This document shows positions 37,837-47,210 of a DNA stretch of 64,000 bases, piece after piece. Origin of the DNA: Candidatus Curtissbacteria bacterium (GTDB lineage: Bacteria; Patescibacteriota; Microgenomatia; Curtissbacterales; GWA2-41-24); the NCBI GenBank assembly GCA_024654445.1, contig JANLHP010000026.1, forward strand, positions 16,733 through 80,732, written 5' to 3'. The number at the start of each line of letters is the position of its first letter. The first letter of the stretch is position 1. The notes under the pieces were generated by a model, which was given only the letters and a program-made list of their open reading frames with translations, searched no databases and had not been told where the DNA came from. Position numbers and translations under genes: made by a program.

Positions 37837-39611
37837 AAAAATACTTAGGCCCGCAATTTATAACGGATTGGCAGAAAACTGCGATTTCAAATCGCAGTTT
37901 TGATGCCAAACGGCTACATACTTCTCCAGCATTGGAGAAAGACACAGGTTTTCTGCCACCCGATGTAAACTTAAAGAGTAAAACTCCAGCACTTATGCTG
38001 GAGAAGTTTATGAGGACCGCAAGCTCTGCTTACCTGCTAGTTTTTTTAGTCACATTAATTGCTTTATGGCCATTTTTTAGAAAGGGGTTTTATCAAAGTC
38101 ATGACGGCGAGTGGATGGTCATTCGCTTTTCTGCTTTTCATCAAACATTAGCGGCAGGACAATTTCCAGTAAGGTTTGTTGACAGACTAAATAATAATTA
38201 CGGATACCCCGTTCTTAATTTTCTTTACCCTCTTCCATTTTATCTCGCAGAATTTCCAAAAGCGGCTGGACTTGGATTTGTTGAAAGCGTCAAAGTAATT
38301 TTTGTCACTTCAACAATTTTTTCTTCTCTTGCTATGTTTTGGGCGCTTTCGCAAAAGTTTTCAAAAGCTGCAAGCACAACAGGAGCCATTGTTTATACTT
38401 TTGCTCCTTATAGATTTGTAGATCTTTACGTCAGAGGCTCTATTGGTGAAAGCATGGCCTTTGCTTTTGTACCACTTATCCTAGGAAGTATTTTCAAAAT
38501 AGAAAAAGGTGATAAGAAGTTTTTCCCGATTCTTTCGATTTCAACGTTCTTTCTTATTCTCTCCCACAACGTAATAGCTCTCCTATTCATCCCACTACTG
38601 TTCATTTCGGCGCTCTTGATTCAAAAAAAATCGAGATTAAGACTCGTTGTGAGCCTTCTATTAGGTATAGCTGCATCAAGCCTCTTTTGGATACCAGCTC
38701 TTTACGATCTTAAATTCGTCCGACTATCACAAATAAAAGTATCAGAAATAGAAAACCATCTTGTGAGTCTTGAAAAACTTTTACTGCCATCATGGGGATA
38801 TAATCCAAACCCAAATGATCCTCACGGCATGTCTGTGCAAATTGGATTAATTGCAGTACTAATGTTTATCGCGACTTTAATTCTGATACTAAAAACTAAG
38901 GGTAAAAATTTCCTCTTACTCTTTTACCTGAGTGTATTTGCGATGATCTTGTTTCTGCTGACGAAACAATCCCAGTTTTTTTGGCAAACTGTATCTTTTG
39001 TAGATATCATTCAGTTCCCCTGGAGGATGCTCTCCATTATTGTTTTTGTATCGGCCATAATGACAGCTTACGTTGTAGACTCCATACCAAAAAAACAAAA
39101 CATAGTCGCGCTTATAATCTTAATTTCAGCGATATTAGCAGCCCTCCCTTACACTAGACCAAGCGCTTTTGTAGATAGAGCAGAAGGTTACTATGCAACC
39201 AACGAAGACACAACCACAGTTCGGGATGAATATATGCCCCTCTGGGTCAAAGAAAAAAGTGTATCAAGAGCGAACGAAAAAGTGCAAGTAGAAGGAAAAG
39301 GCGAAGTTACGAATCTTAATATCAGACCCGCAAACTACCAGCTAGATATAAAAGCTTTAGACAAACTCAAAGTGCAAGTGAACACTATATATTTCCCGGG
39401 GTGGCAGGTAAGATCAAATGGCCAAACCATCCCTATTGATTATCAAAACAACTTAGGCTTAATACGCTTTTATTTGCCAGAAGGCACACACAAAGTTATA
39501 ATCAAATACACAAGATCGTCTGTCCATCTTGCTGCAGAAGTTATATCTCTTGCAGCACTTTTTGTAATCGGAGCATACTTCATTTATATATGGCGAAAAC
39601 AAGATTCTTAG
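37833..39611 (+). CDS. large polytopic membrane protein with C-terminal extracytoplasmic domain; paralog family A (with 44051 and 63375)
   Basis: Conserved SHDGEW...GQFPVRFVD...YGYPVLNF...YRFVDLYVRGSIGESMAFAFVPL is shared with two other genes in the window. Confidence 0.5.
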   Translation: MKKYLGPQFITDWQKTAISNRSFDAKRLHTSPALEKDTGFLPPDVNLKSKTPALMLEKFMRTASSAYLLVFLVTLIALWPFFRKGFYQSHDGEWMVIRFSAFHQTLAAGQFPVRFVDRLNNNYGYPVLNFLYPLPFYLAEFPKAAGLGFVESVKVIFVTSTIFSSLAMFWALSQKFSKAASTTGAIVYTFAPYRFVDLYVRGSIGESMAFAFVPLILGSIFKIEKGDKKFFPILSISTFFLILSHNVIALLFIPLLFISALLIQKKSRLRLVVSLLLGIAASSLFWIPALYDLKFVRLSQIKVSEIENHLVSLEKLLLPSWGYNPNPNDPHGMSVQIGLIAVLMFIATLILILKTKGKNFLLLFYLSVFAMILFLLTKQSQFFWQTVSFVDIIQFPWRMLSIIVFVSAIMTAYVVDSIPKKQNIVALIILISAILAALPYTRPSAFVDRAEGYYATNEDTTTVRDEYMPLWVKEKSVSRANEKVQVEGKGEVTNLNIRPANYQLDIKALDKLKVQVNTIYFPGWQVRSNGQTIPIDYQNNLGLIRFYLPEGTHKVIIKYTRSSVHLAAEVISLAALFVIGAYFIYIWRKQDS

Positions 39612-40567
39612 TTACGGGCGGAGCCGGATTCATCGGCTCCGAAATCGTCAGACAGCTGCTGGAACGTGGTTTTGAAGTCAAGGTTGCCGATGACCTGTCC
39701 AAGAAAGACGCTTCTGTCGACAGTCGAGTGGAGTTCGTGAAAGTTGATCTTACAGACGCTGAAGCGACAAAAAAAGTTTTTAACGGAATCGATATCTGCA
39801 TAAACGCCGCTGCCAAAATCGGTGGCATCGGATACTTCCACAAGTACCCAGCAACAATTCTTTCCGAAAATAACAAAATCTACAGCAGTACTTTTGAGGC
39901 AGCAACAAAAGCAAAAATTAAACGCTTAGTTTATATCTCCTCTTCTATGGTCTTTGAGTCGGCAACACATTTTCCAAGTAAAGAGGAAGACGTGATTAAA
40001 ATTCCACCACCAGTTTCCTCCTACGGATTCTCCAAGCTTTCCGGTGAATGGTATTGCCAATCTTTCTGGGACCAGTATAAACTGCCCTATTCTATCTGTC
40101 GGCCTTTCAACGCATACGGCATTAACGAATTTCCTGAAAGAGAAATCGGCTATGCCCACGTAATCCCGGATTTGGTGAGAAAAATAATAGAAGGACAATA
40201 TCCACTCGAGCTCTTAGGAGATGGAACACAAACAAGGTGTTTTACGCATGTTCGCGATATAGCAGACGGTATTATTACCGTTGCTCTTCACCCAAAAGGT
40301 GAAAATGAAGATTTCAACATCGGCACGGAAAAAGAAATAAAAATGATAGATCTTGCCAAAAAAATATGGGAAGTTATGGGCGAAGAAAAACCGTTCAAGG
40401 TAAAGTTTGTAAAAGGCTTCAAATTTGATATAAAGAGAAGAGTTCCCGATACCACGAAAACCAAAAAAGTTGTCGATTGGGAACCGAAAGTAAAGTTTGA
40501 AGACGGCTTAAAGGAGGTAATAGCTTGGCTACAAGAGCAAAGAGCTCAGGGAAAACTGCAAAGGTAG
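39590..40567 (+). CDS. NAD-dependent nucleotide-sugar epimerase/dehydratase (SDR, GalE-like)
   Basis: RFLVTGGAGFIGSEIVRQLLERGFEV...YGFSKLSGEW (YxxxK). Visibly higher GC than neighbours. Confidence 0.75.
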   Translation: MAKTRFLVTGGAGFIGSEIVRQLLERGFEVKVADDLSKKDASVDSRVEFVKVDLTDAEATKKVFNGIDICINAAAKIGGIGYFHKYPATILSENNKIYSSTFEAATKAKIKRLVYISSSMVFESATHFPSKEEDVIKIPPPVSSYGFSKLSGEWYCQSFWDQYKLPYSICRPFNAYGINEFPEREIGYAHVIPDLVRKIIEGQYPLELLGDGTQTRCFTHVRDIADGIITVALHPKGENEDFNIGTEKEIKMIDLAKKIWEVMGEEKPFKVKFVKGFKFDIKRRVPDTTKTKKVVDWEPKVKFEDGLKEVIAWLQEQRAQGKLQR

Positions 40568-41862
40568 CGGTCGCAGTAGTCGGCATCGGAAGAGTTGGTG
40601 CTCCACTGGCACTGTTCCTTGCCGAGGGCGGCCATCTTGTCTACGGCCTTGATGTAGACCAAGAGAAAATCAATGTGCTTTCTAAAAAGCAAATGCCCTT
40701 CATGGAAGAAGGCGCGCCGGAACTCCTAAAAAAGCATATAGGTAAAAACTTTCGTGTCTCCACAGATTTCTCAAACATCGCCAAAGCAAAAATAATTATC
40801 CTAACGCTTGGAACTCCAGTCGACGAGAATATGAACCCTAGCCTTGTTCAAATAGACAAAGCGCTAGCTGTAGCCCGTCCTCACCTAAGACGCGGGCAGC
40901 TTTTAATCTTAAGATCAACGGTTTCGCCTGGAACGACCAACTACGTAAAAGCATATCTCGAAGACGAAGGATTCAAAGTAGGCATTGACTTCTATCTGGC
41001 ATTTTGTCCGGAAAGAATCGCGGAAGGGAAATCGCTAATAGAACTAGCTCAAATTCCTCAGATAATTGGTGGAGTAGACAAAGCAAGCTCTCAAAAGGCC
41101 GCCGCCTTTTTCAAAGGTTTGGGAATCGAAGTTAATTTGGCAGATTCTGTCTCAGCAGAACTCGCCAAGCTCTTCACAAATATGTACAGATACATCAATT
41201 TCGCGATCGCAAACGAATTCATGATTCTCGCCGGCAATTATCACAGAGACGTTTATCAAGTCGTAGATTTAGTCAATAAAAATTACAAAAGAGGCGGGCT
41301 TTCGCTGCCAGGGCTTACAGGTGGTCCTTGTCTCTTTAAGGATGGATTTTTCTTAATAAGCGATATTCCTTTTGCCGATTTAATTTCGACGAGCTGGAAG
41401 ATTAACGAATCAATTCCTTTATTCTTAATTAATAAAGTAAGAGAGCGGACCCGAATGAAAGGTAAAAAAGCCGTAATCCTTGGCCTCGCCTTTAAGGCGG
41501 AAATTGACGATATTAGAGAATCACTCGCATTCAAAGTCAAAAAGGCGCTCGAACGGGAAAGGGCAAACGTTTTTCTTCACGACCCCTACGTTCCCGGCTA
41601 TCAGAACGATCTTGACGAAACCCTAAAAGACGCAGATCTTATTTTCCTAGCAACAAACCACAACTATTATAAGCAGCTAGATATAGCCAAAGTTAAAAAG
41701 CTAGTCTCGAAATCATGTGTTATCTGCGACGTATGGAATGTTTTCAAAACCAACAAAATTATTTTTACAATCAAATCCCTAGAAACTCACATGGCAAGGA
41801 CCAACGGAAAGACTAAAGAAAGCCTCGATGAAATCTTCGAAGGAAAGTGGCAAGAATTGTAG
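40525..41862 (+). CDS. UDP-sugar/nucleotide-sugar dehydrogenase family (WecC/Ugd-like)
   Basis: VAVVGIGRVGAPLALFLAEGGHLVYGLDVD...GGPCLFKD. The 5' end overlaps the upstream gene by 43 nt, so the true start is uncertain. GC-rich. Confidence 0.75.
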   Translation: MATRAKSSGKTAKVAVAVVGIGRVGAPLALFLAEGGHLVYGLDVDQEKINVLSKKQMPFMEEGAPELLKKHIGKNFRVSTDFSNIAKAKIIILTLGTPVDENMNPSLVQIDKALAVARPHLRRGQLLILRSTVSPGTTNYVKAYLEDEGFKVGIDFYLAFCPERIAEGKSLIELAQIPQIIGGVDKASSQKAAAFFKGLGIEVNLADSVSAELAKLFTNMYRYINFAIANEFMILAGNYHRDVYQVVDLVNKNYKRGGLSLPGLTGGPCLFKDGFFLISDIPFADLISTSWKINESIPLFLINKVRERTRMKGKKAVILGLAFKAEIDDIRESLAFKVKKALERERANVFLHDPYVPGYQNDLDETLKDADLIFLATNHNYYKQLDIAKVKKLVSKSCVICDVWNVFKTNKIIFTIKSLETHMARTNGKTKESLDEIFEGKWQEL

Positions 41863-41916
41863 TCCTAACCCCTAACTTAGCTTTACACTGATCCTATTCT
41901 CATTTACAATTTACTC

Positions 41917-42633
41917 ATGAAACTTTCAGTCGTCATGCCCGTTTACAACGAGGGTGATGTAATCGGCGAGACAGTAAATCGGGTTGAAACAATAGTAAAA
42001 ACTCCTCACGAGCTTCTTATTATTTACGATATGGACAACGATACATCAATTCCTCCCGTAAAAAAACTACAAAAAAAGTATCCAAATGTAAAACTTGTGA
42101 AAAATATGTACGGTGGGGGAGCGTTAAACGCTCTCAAAACAGGGCTTAAAACAGCAAAAGGGGATGCAGTTTGCATTATGATGTCCGATTTAACTGACGA
42201 TCCTAAGGTTCTTAACACAATGGTGGACAAATTCAACCAGGGATATGACGTTATCGCTGCGTCAAGATACATGAAGGGCGGCCGACAAATAGGGGGGCCT
42301 AAATTTAAAAGGTTCTTAACAACTACCGCAGGTCTAAGCCTCCATTACTTCTTTGGCCTTCCCGTTCACGATGCGACTAATTCCTTTCGGCTCTACTCGA
42401 GAAGATTCCTCGACAAAGTAAAAATAGAGTCGGATGGAGGATTCGAACTGGCGATTGAATTTACAGTGAAAGCACATTACGGAGGATACAAGGTTACGGA
42501 AGTCCCCACCACCTGGACTTATCTCGACAAGGAATCAAGGTTTAACATGAAAAAGTGGATTCCAAAATATTTTAAATGGTATTTATGGGCCGTTAATAAA
42601 AGAATCTCGGGTTGTCCAAAATCCACTAAATGA
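41917..42633 (+). CDS. GT2 glycosyltransferase (Dpm1-like)
   Basis: MKLSVVMPVYNEGDVI...MSDLTDDP. Confidence 0.7.
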   Translation: MKLSVVMPVYNEGDVIGETVNRVETIVKTPHELLIIYDMDNDTSIPPVKKLQKKYPNVKLVKNMYGGGALNALKTGLKTAKGDAVCIMMSDLTDDPKVLNTMVDKFNQGYDVIAASRYMKGGRQIGGPKFKRFLTTTAGLSLHYFFGLPVHDATNSFRLYSRRFLDKVKIESDGGFELAIEFTVKAHYGGYKVTEVPTTWTYLDKESRFNMKKWIPKYFKWYLWAVNKRISGCPKSTK

Positions 42634-44054
42634 ATTTTCGAAAAAGTCTGTTGGGAATTTTTTTAATTCTTTTGTTCCCCTCTCTCGTATTTTTTTCTCT
42701 ACTACCGCATTATTTTTTTCAAGACGACTGGTTCGTTTTAAATGTCACAGATATTTCCTCCCTACGAGAATTCGTATCGCTATTTTCTTTCAGAACTGAC
42801 GTTGTTTATTGGAGACCACTCGGGATGTTTTTATACTTTCTAATTGCAAAAACAATGTTTGGTTTAAATGCACTAAATTTTTCTCTCCTTATTTTCGCCT
42901 TTCACATTGCAAATAGTTATCTGGTTGGCTATTTGTCCCTGCAGCTGTTTAAAAACCGGCTTGCGGCTTTCTTGTCATCACTGCTTTATGCAACTGCCGC
43001 TTTCCACTTTCTAACTCTTTCTTGGTTTTCGCTAGCATGGGTCGCAATTGGCACAACACCCTTTTTGCTCTCTTTGATTTTCTATATAAAATACAGAAGT
43101 AAAAGAAACAACAAATACCTGGTCTTTTCTTTAGTCTCTTTCATCATGTCTCTTACAGCAACAGAGTTTGCTATAACCTTACCCGCGTTTATCGTTATCT
43201 TGGAGTTTTTTGCAGGATTAAGTAGACGAGACATAATTAAAAAAATTAGCCCAATCCTAATTTTTACAACGCCGGTAATTATTCTTTACCTTCTGGCTAG
43301 ATTCGTTTTTTTCCCAATTCCAGCAGAAGGCGATTATCAAATAACGATAGATCGTCAAGTGACCAAAACTCTAGCCTGGTACTTTTTGTGGCTCCTAAAT
43401 ATTCCAGAGGAATTAAAATATCAAATAATCGTCTCGAAATTACAACTAACACACACTTTTCTAAGAGACTCCGGAAAACTTTTTCTGCCCACGCTTCTAT
43501 TAATATCAACAACGCTGTCGACTTTTAGCTTGCTCTTGTTGGCGTCGCTTAAATTCAAGATGGCAAAACTTCTAGGATTTTCACTAATCGCTTTTGTAGT
43601 CGGCATAATGCCAGTTTTATTTTTACCCTCCCATTCATACCCTTACTACCTAAGCATCGCCTCAATATTCCCCTTCATCTCAATAGGCTACCTTTTATCT
43701 GCAATTTATAATATGGATAATAAAATACTTACTATGCTCGCCGCGTCATTCACTCTAAGTCTCATCGCACTCTCTTTTCTTACAGTATTTCTAACAACAA
43801 GACTCCACTGGGCGGCAGGAGAACAACGTATTTCAAAAGAGATAGTTGAAAAGACAACAGATATGTACAAGCATATGCCAAACGGCTCAGAAATAGTTCT
43901 ATATACAGCAGGCCCCCAAACGAAACAGTCATTAATGGACCAATATGCCTTCAAAGTTATTTATAATAATAAAAGCGTAAAAACTACTTATTTAGAAGAT
44001 AGGAAATTTCCGGAAGCTGACAAAAACCGATACTACGTAAATATAAAAGAATGA
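42630..44054 (+). CDS. polytopic membrane protein, GT-C-like (QDDW first-loop acidic motif)
   Basis: ~12 TM helices. HYFFQDDWFVLNV after TM1. ATGA overlap with upstream gene. Confidence 0.4.
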   Translation: MNFRKSLLGIFLILLFPSLVFFSLLPHYFFQDDWFVLNVTDISSLREFVSLFSFRTDVVYWRPLGMFLYFLIAKTMFGLNALNFSLLIFAFHIANSYLVGYLSLQLFKNRLAAFLSSLLYATAAFHFLTLSWFSLAWVAIGTTPFLLSLIFYIKYRSKRNNKYLVFSLVSFIMSLTATEFAITLPAFIVILEFFAGLSRRDIIKKISPILIFTTPVIILYLLARFVFFPIPAEGDYQITIDRQVTKTLAWYFLWLLNIPEELKYQIIVSKLQLTHTFLRDSGKLFLPTLLLISTTLSTFSLLLLASLKFKMAKLLGFSLIAFVVGIMPVLFLPSHSYPYYLSIASIFPFISIGYLLSAIYNMDNKILTMLAASFTLSLIALSFLTVFLTTRLHWAAGEQRISKEIVEKTTDMYKHMPNGSEIVLYTAGPQTKQSLMDQYAFKVIYNNKSVKTTYLEDRKFPEADKNRYYVNIKE

Positions 44055-45751
44055 GAAAAAATATCCTGCCGCTAATTTTTATTCTTGCGATAACAATAGT
44101 CTTATCACTGCCGCTCCTTAAGCCCGGTCTACACACTATTCACGACGATCAGCAAATAGCAAGACTTTACCTTTTCGATGAAGCTATAAAAAGCGGCCAA
44201 TTTCCCGTCCGCTGGGTAGACGATCTTGGGTTTGGATTTGGTTACCCACTGTTCAATTTCTACCCGCCATTCGTGTACATGCTAGGAGAAATATTCCATA
44301 TAGTCGGATTTACCTTTATTGATAGTATCAAGTTAGTTTTTTTCTCAAGCATTATCGCGTCCGGATTATTTATGTACCTTTTGGCAAAAGAATTATGGGG
44401 CAGATGGCCAGCCACAATCAGCGCAACTTTTTACATGCTTGTTCCTTATCGTGCTCTCGACATTTACGTAAGAGGAGCCCTTGCCGAGTCTTTTGCGTTC
44501 GTCTGGCTGCCCGCAATTTTATGGAGTTTTTACAAGCTTGAAACAACCAAAAAAAGAGTTTATATAGTCACATCCGCCATGTTTCTCGCGCTTCTGATGA
44601 TCACTCACAACCTTATTTTTCTGCCTTTTATGCTACTTTTCCCTTTTTACTTATTATTCCTTTTTCTTAAATCTAAAGATAAAAAGAGATCATTTATTCT
44701 CTATACAAGTTCAGCTATCCTCGCCTTAGGCACCTCGGCGTTCTTTTGGCTACCAGCCATCTTTGAAAAGAGATACACCATTGTCGATCAATTGCTCCTT
44801 GTAAACCTTGCAAGCTACCAGATTCACTTTGTTTATTTACAGCAATTGTGGAATTGGACGTGGGGATTCGGAGGGTCTTCAGTTGGGCTTACAGATGGAA
44901 TTTCGTTTAAAATTGGAAAACTCCATTTACTCGCATCTTTTGCAGCCTTAATACTTTCAACGTTTTATATTATAAAAAACAAAAAAATTTCCCTATGGCC
45001 AATACTATTTTTTATTCTCATGATTATCGCCGCTTTCATGACTACCCAGTACTCTAAAATAGCGTGGGATAACATTACCCCTCTGGGATACCTTCAGTTT
45101 CCATGGCGTTTCTTAATATTCACGGCGCTCTTTAGCTCTCTACTTGCCGGCGCCCTTGTGTACCTTTTAAGAATTTCGATTTTAAAAATAAGTATTGGTG
45201 TTATCCTAATTCTTTTACTAGTCCCTAACCTGAAGCTCTACAGACCACAATCATACAGAAATGGTTTGACGGATCAAGTAGCAACTTCCAGAGAAGAAAT
45301 TAGGTGGAATGTGTCAAAGACGTCATACGAGTACCTACCAAAAGGTATAGATCTTGTAAAAGACGAAAAAGGAATTAATATACCTCAAGTTGACAGAAAT
45401 AACATCCCAAAGCAAAAGGTTGAGGTCATCGAAGGCAATGCAAAGTTTGAAGACATAAAGGGCTCCCCTACCGAAGTAACTTTTACGTCAAGATCAAATG
45501 AAGGGGCACAAATAAAGGCGAACATTTTTAACTTTCCCGGGTGGGAAGTTAAACTCAATGGTCAGAAAATTTCAATTGACGACAATAATGCTCTGAAATT
45601 GATAACATTTGAAGTACCAGCGGGGGAGAGTAAAGTAGATATTGAGTTCAAGCAAACAGGCTTGAGGCTTGCAGCTAACCTGATAAGCCTTTTTGCAATT
45701 TTTTCTTTAATTACTCTTACAGTAACTAAATGGCAACCGAAGAAATTTTAG
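44051..45751 (+). CDS. large polytopic membrane protein, paralog family A
   Basis: TIHDDQQIARLYLFDEAIKSGQFPVRWVDDLGFGFGYPLFNFYPPF...YRALDIYVRGALAESFAFVWLP. ATGA overlap with upstream gene. Confidence 0.5.
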   Translation: MRKNILPLIFILAITIVLSLPLLKPGLHTIHDDQQIARLYLFDEAIKSGQFPVRWVDDLGFGFGYPLFNFYPPFVYMLGEIFHIVGFTFIDSIKLVFFSSIIASGLFMYLLAKELWGRWPATISATFYMLVPYRALDIYVRGALAESFAFVWLPAILWSFYKLETTKKRVYIVTSAMFLALLMITHNLIFLPFMLLFPFYLLFLFLKSKDKKRSFILYTSSAILALGTSAFFWLPAIFEKRYTIVDQLLLVNLASYQIHFVYLQQLWNWTWGFGGSSVGLTDGISFKIGKLHLLASFAALILSTFYIIKNKKISLWPILFFILMIIAAFMTTQYSKIAWDNITPLGYLQFPWRFLIFTALFSSLLAGALVYLLRISILKISIGVILILLLVPNLKLYRPQSYRNGLTDQVATSREEIRWNVSKTSYEYLPKGIDLVKDEKGINIPQVDRNNIPKQKVEVIEGNAKFEDIKGSPTEVTFTSRSNEGAQIKANIFNFPGWEVKLNGQKISIDDNNALKLITFEVPAGESKVDIEFKQTGLRLAANLISLFAIFSLITLTVTKWQPKKF

Positions 45752-47196
45752 ATTTACAATTAATTAAAAAAAGATCCGTTCATGGTATAGCGACCCTTAC
45801 CCTAAGAACTTTCTTTATCCAAATATTCACTTTTTTTGCAACCTTTATTCTAACGGTACTCTTAGACCCAGCAACCTTTGGCGTCTACATTATTGTTTCA
45901 GCACTCATTAGCGTTTTTATTTACTTTTCAGACGTTGGCCTAGCAGCAGCACTCGTCCAGAAAAAAGAAGACGTAACAGAAAAAGATCTCTCTTCGACCT
46001 TCACTATCCAGCAGACGATAGTAATAGCACTGGTTATTATCGGATTTTTATTTTCAAGCCCCATCGCCAATTTTTACAATTTAAGCAGTGACAGCCTATT
46101 ACTCTTACGCGTTCTGATATTCTCCTTACTGCTGTCCTCACTTAAAACCATACCGTCAATATTGCTCGAAAGAAAACTGCTTTTTACAAGACTCGTAATC
46201 CCTCAAGTTTTAGAAAATATAATCTTTTATACGATCGCGGTCGTTCTGGCTTTTTACAACTTTGGTATCGCAAGCTTTACATATGCGGTTCTCGCAAGAG
46301 GTGTGGTTGGCCTAGTTCTTATTTATATCCTTTCACCATGGAAGCCCTCAATTAGCCTTGAAAAGGAAACCCTCAAGAAACTTATCTACTTTGGTGTTCC
46401 ATTTCAGCTGAATAGCATCCTGGCTTTAATTAAAGATGACTTGTTAATAGTAGTACTTGGAAAAATCTTACCATTCTCGCAAATAGGTCTTCTTGGGTGG
46501 GCCCAAAAATGGTCACTTATCCCACTACGATTTTTTATGGACAGCACTATCAAAGTTACGTTTCCTGTCTACTCAAGACTTCAAGAAGACAAGGATCACC
46601 TAAGAAAGGCAATCGAAAAATCACTGCAGTTTGTGACATTCTCGACCTTCCCGGCTGTTACGGGTATTGTTATCATTGCGCCTCTTGTCGTCGACTTAAT
46701 CCCGAGGTATGAAAAGTGGGAACCTGCCTTGCCATTGCTTTATATTTACAGCATAAACGCTGCTTTTGCCGCAGTGAACACAACCTTAACCAATATTTTA
46801 TTTGCGTTAGGAAAGCCCAAAATAGTCCTGAACATGATGTTGTTTTGGACATTTTTTTTGTGGGTCCTAACCTTTATTTTTGTTAAAAATTACGGCTACA
46901 TTGGTGTTGCAATAGCGTCGGCAATAGTGGCTGCGTCAACAAGTATAGTGATCTTTTTTGTTAAAAGAGAAGTTGACGTGTCCATTCTCAAAAACGTTAG
47001 AGTTCCAATCGCATCAACAGCCGCTATGCTCATCGTTTCCAAGGTCGCGTATTTAATAATCCCGCAAAATGCACTCGGATTAATATTATTAGTAATTGTT
47101 GGAGCAATAACGTATCTTGCCACTGCTTACCTTTTTTCCGGTAAGGAAATTAAAAATAACTTAGCTCTTGTTTTGAATTCAATCAGAAGCAGATAG
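45730..47196 (+). CDS. MOP-superfamily polysaccharide flippase (Wzx/PST-like)
   Basis: IKKRSVHGIATLTLRTFFIQIFTFFATFILTVLLDPATFGVYIIVSALISVF...; 12-14 TM helices. Confidence 0.65.
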   Translation: MATEEILDLQLIKKRSVHGIATLTLRTFFIQIFTFFATFILTVLLDPATFGVYIIVSALISVFIYFSDVGLAAALVQKKEDVTEKDLSSTFTIQQTIVIALVIIGFLFSSPIANFYNLSSDSLLLLRVLIFSLLLSSLKTIPSILLERKLLFTRLVIPQVLENIIFYTIAVVLAFYNFGIASFTYAVLARGVVGLVLIYILSPWKPSISLEKETLKKLIYFGVPFQLNSILALIKDDLLIVVLGKILPFSQIGLLGWAQKWSLIPLRFFMDSTIKVTFPVYSRLQEDKDHLRKAIEKSLQFVTFSTFPAVTGIVIIAPLVVDLIPRYEKWEPALPLLYIYSINAAFAAVNTTLTNILFALGKPKIVLNMMLFWTFFLWVLTFIFVKNYGYIGVAIASAIVAASTSIVIFFVKREVDVSILKNVRVPIASTAAMLIVSKVAYLIIPQNALGLILLVIVGAITYLATAYLFSGKEIKNNLALVLNSIRSR

Positions 47197-47210
47197 AAGT
47201 GTAGGGTAGG

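Noticed and set aside
40525-40567. Possible frameshift joining the epimerase and dehydrogenase genes
   Set aside because: Both proteins are complete in their own frames with intact N- and C-terminal motifs. A 43-nt overlap is more simply an uncertain start codon, possibly GTG downstream.
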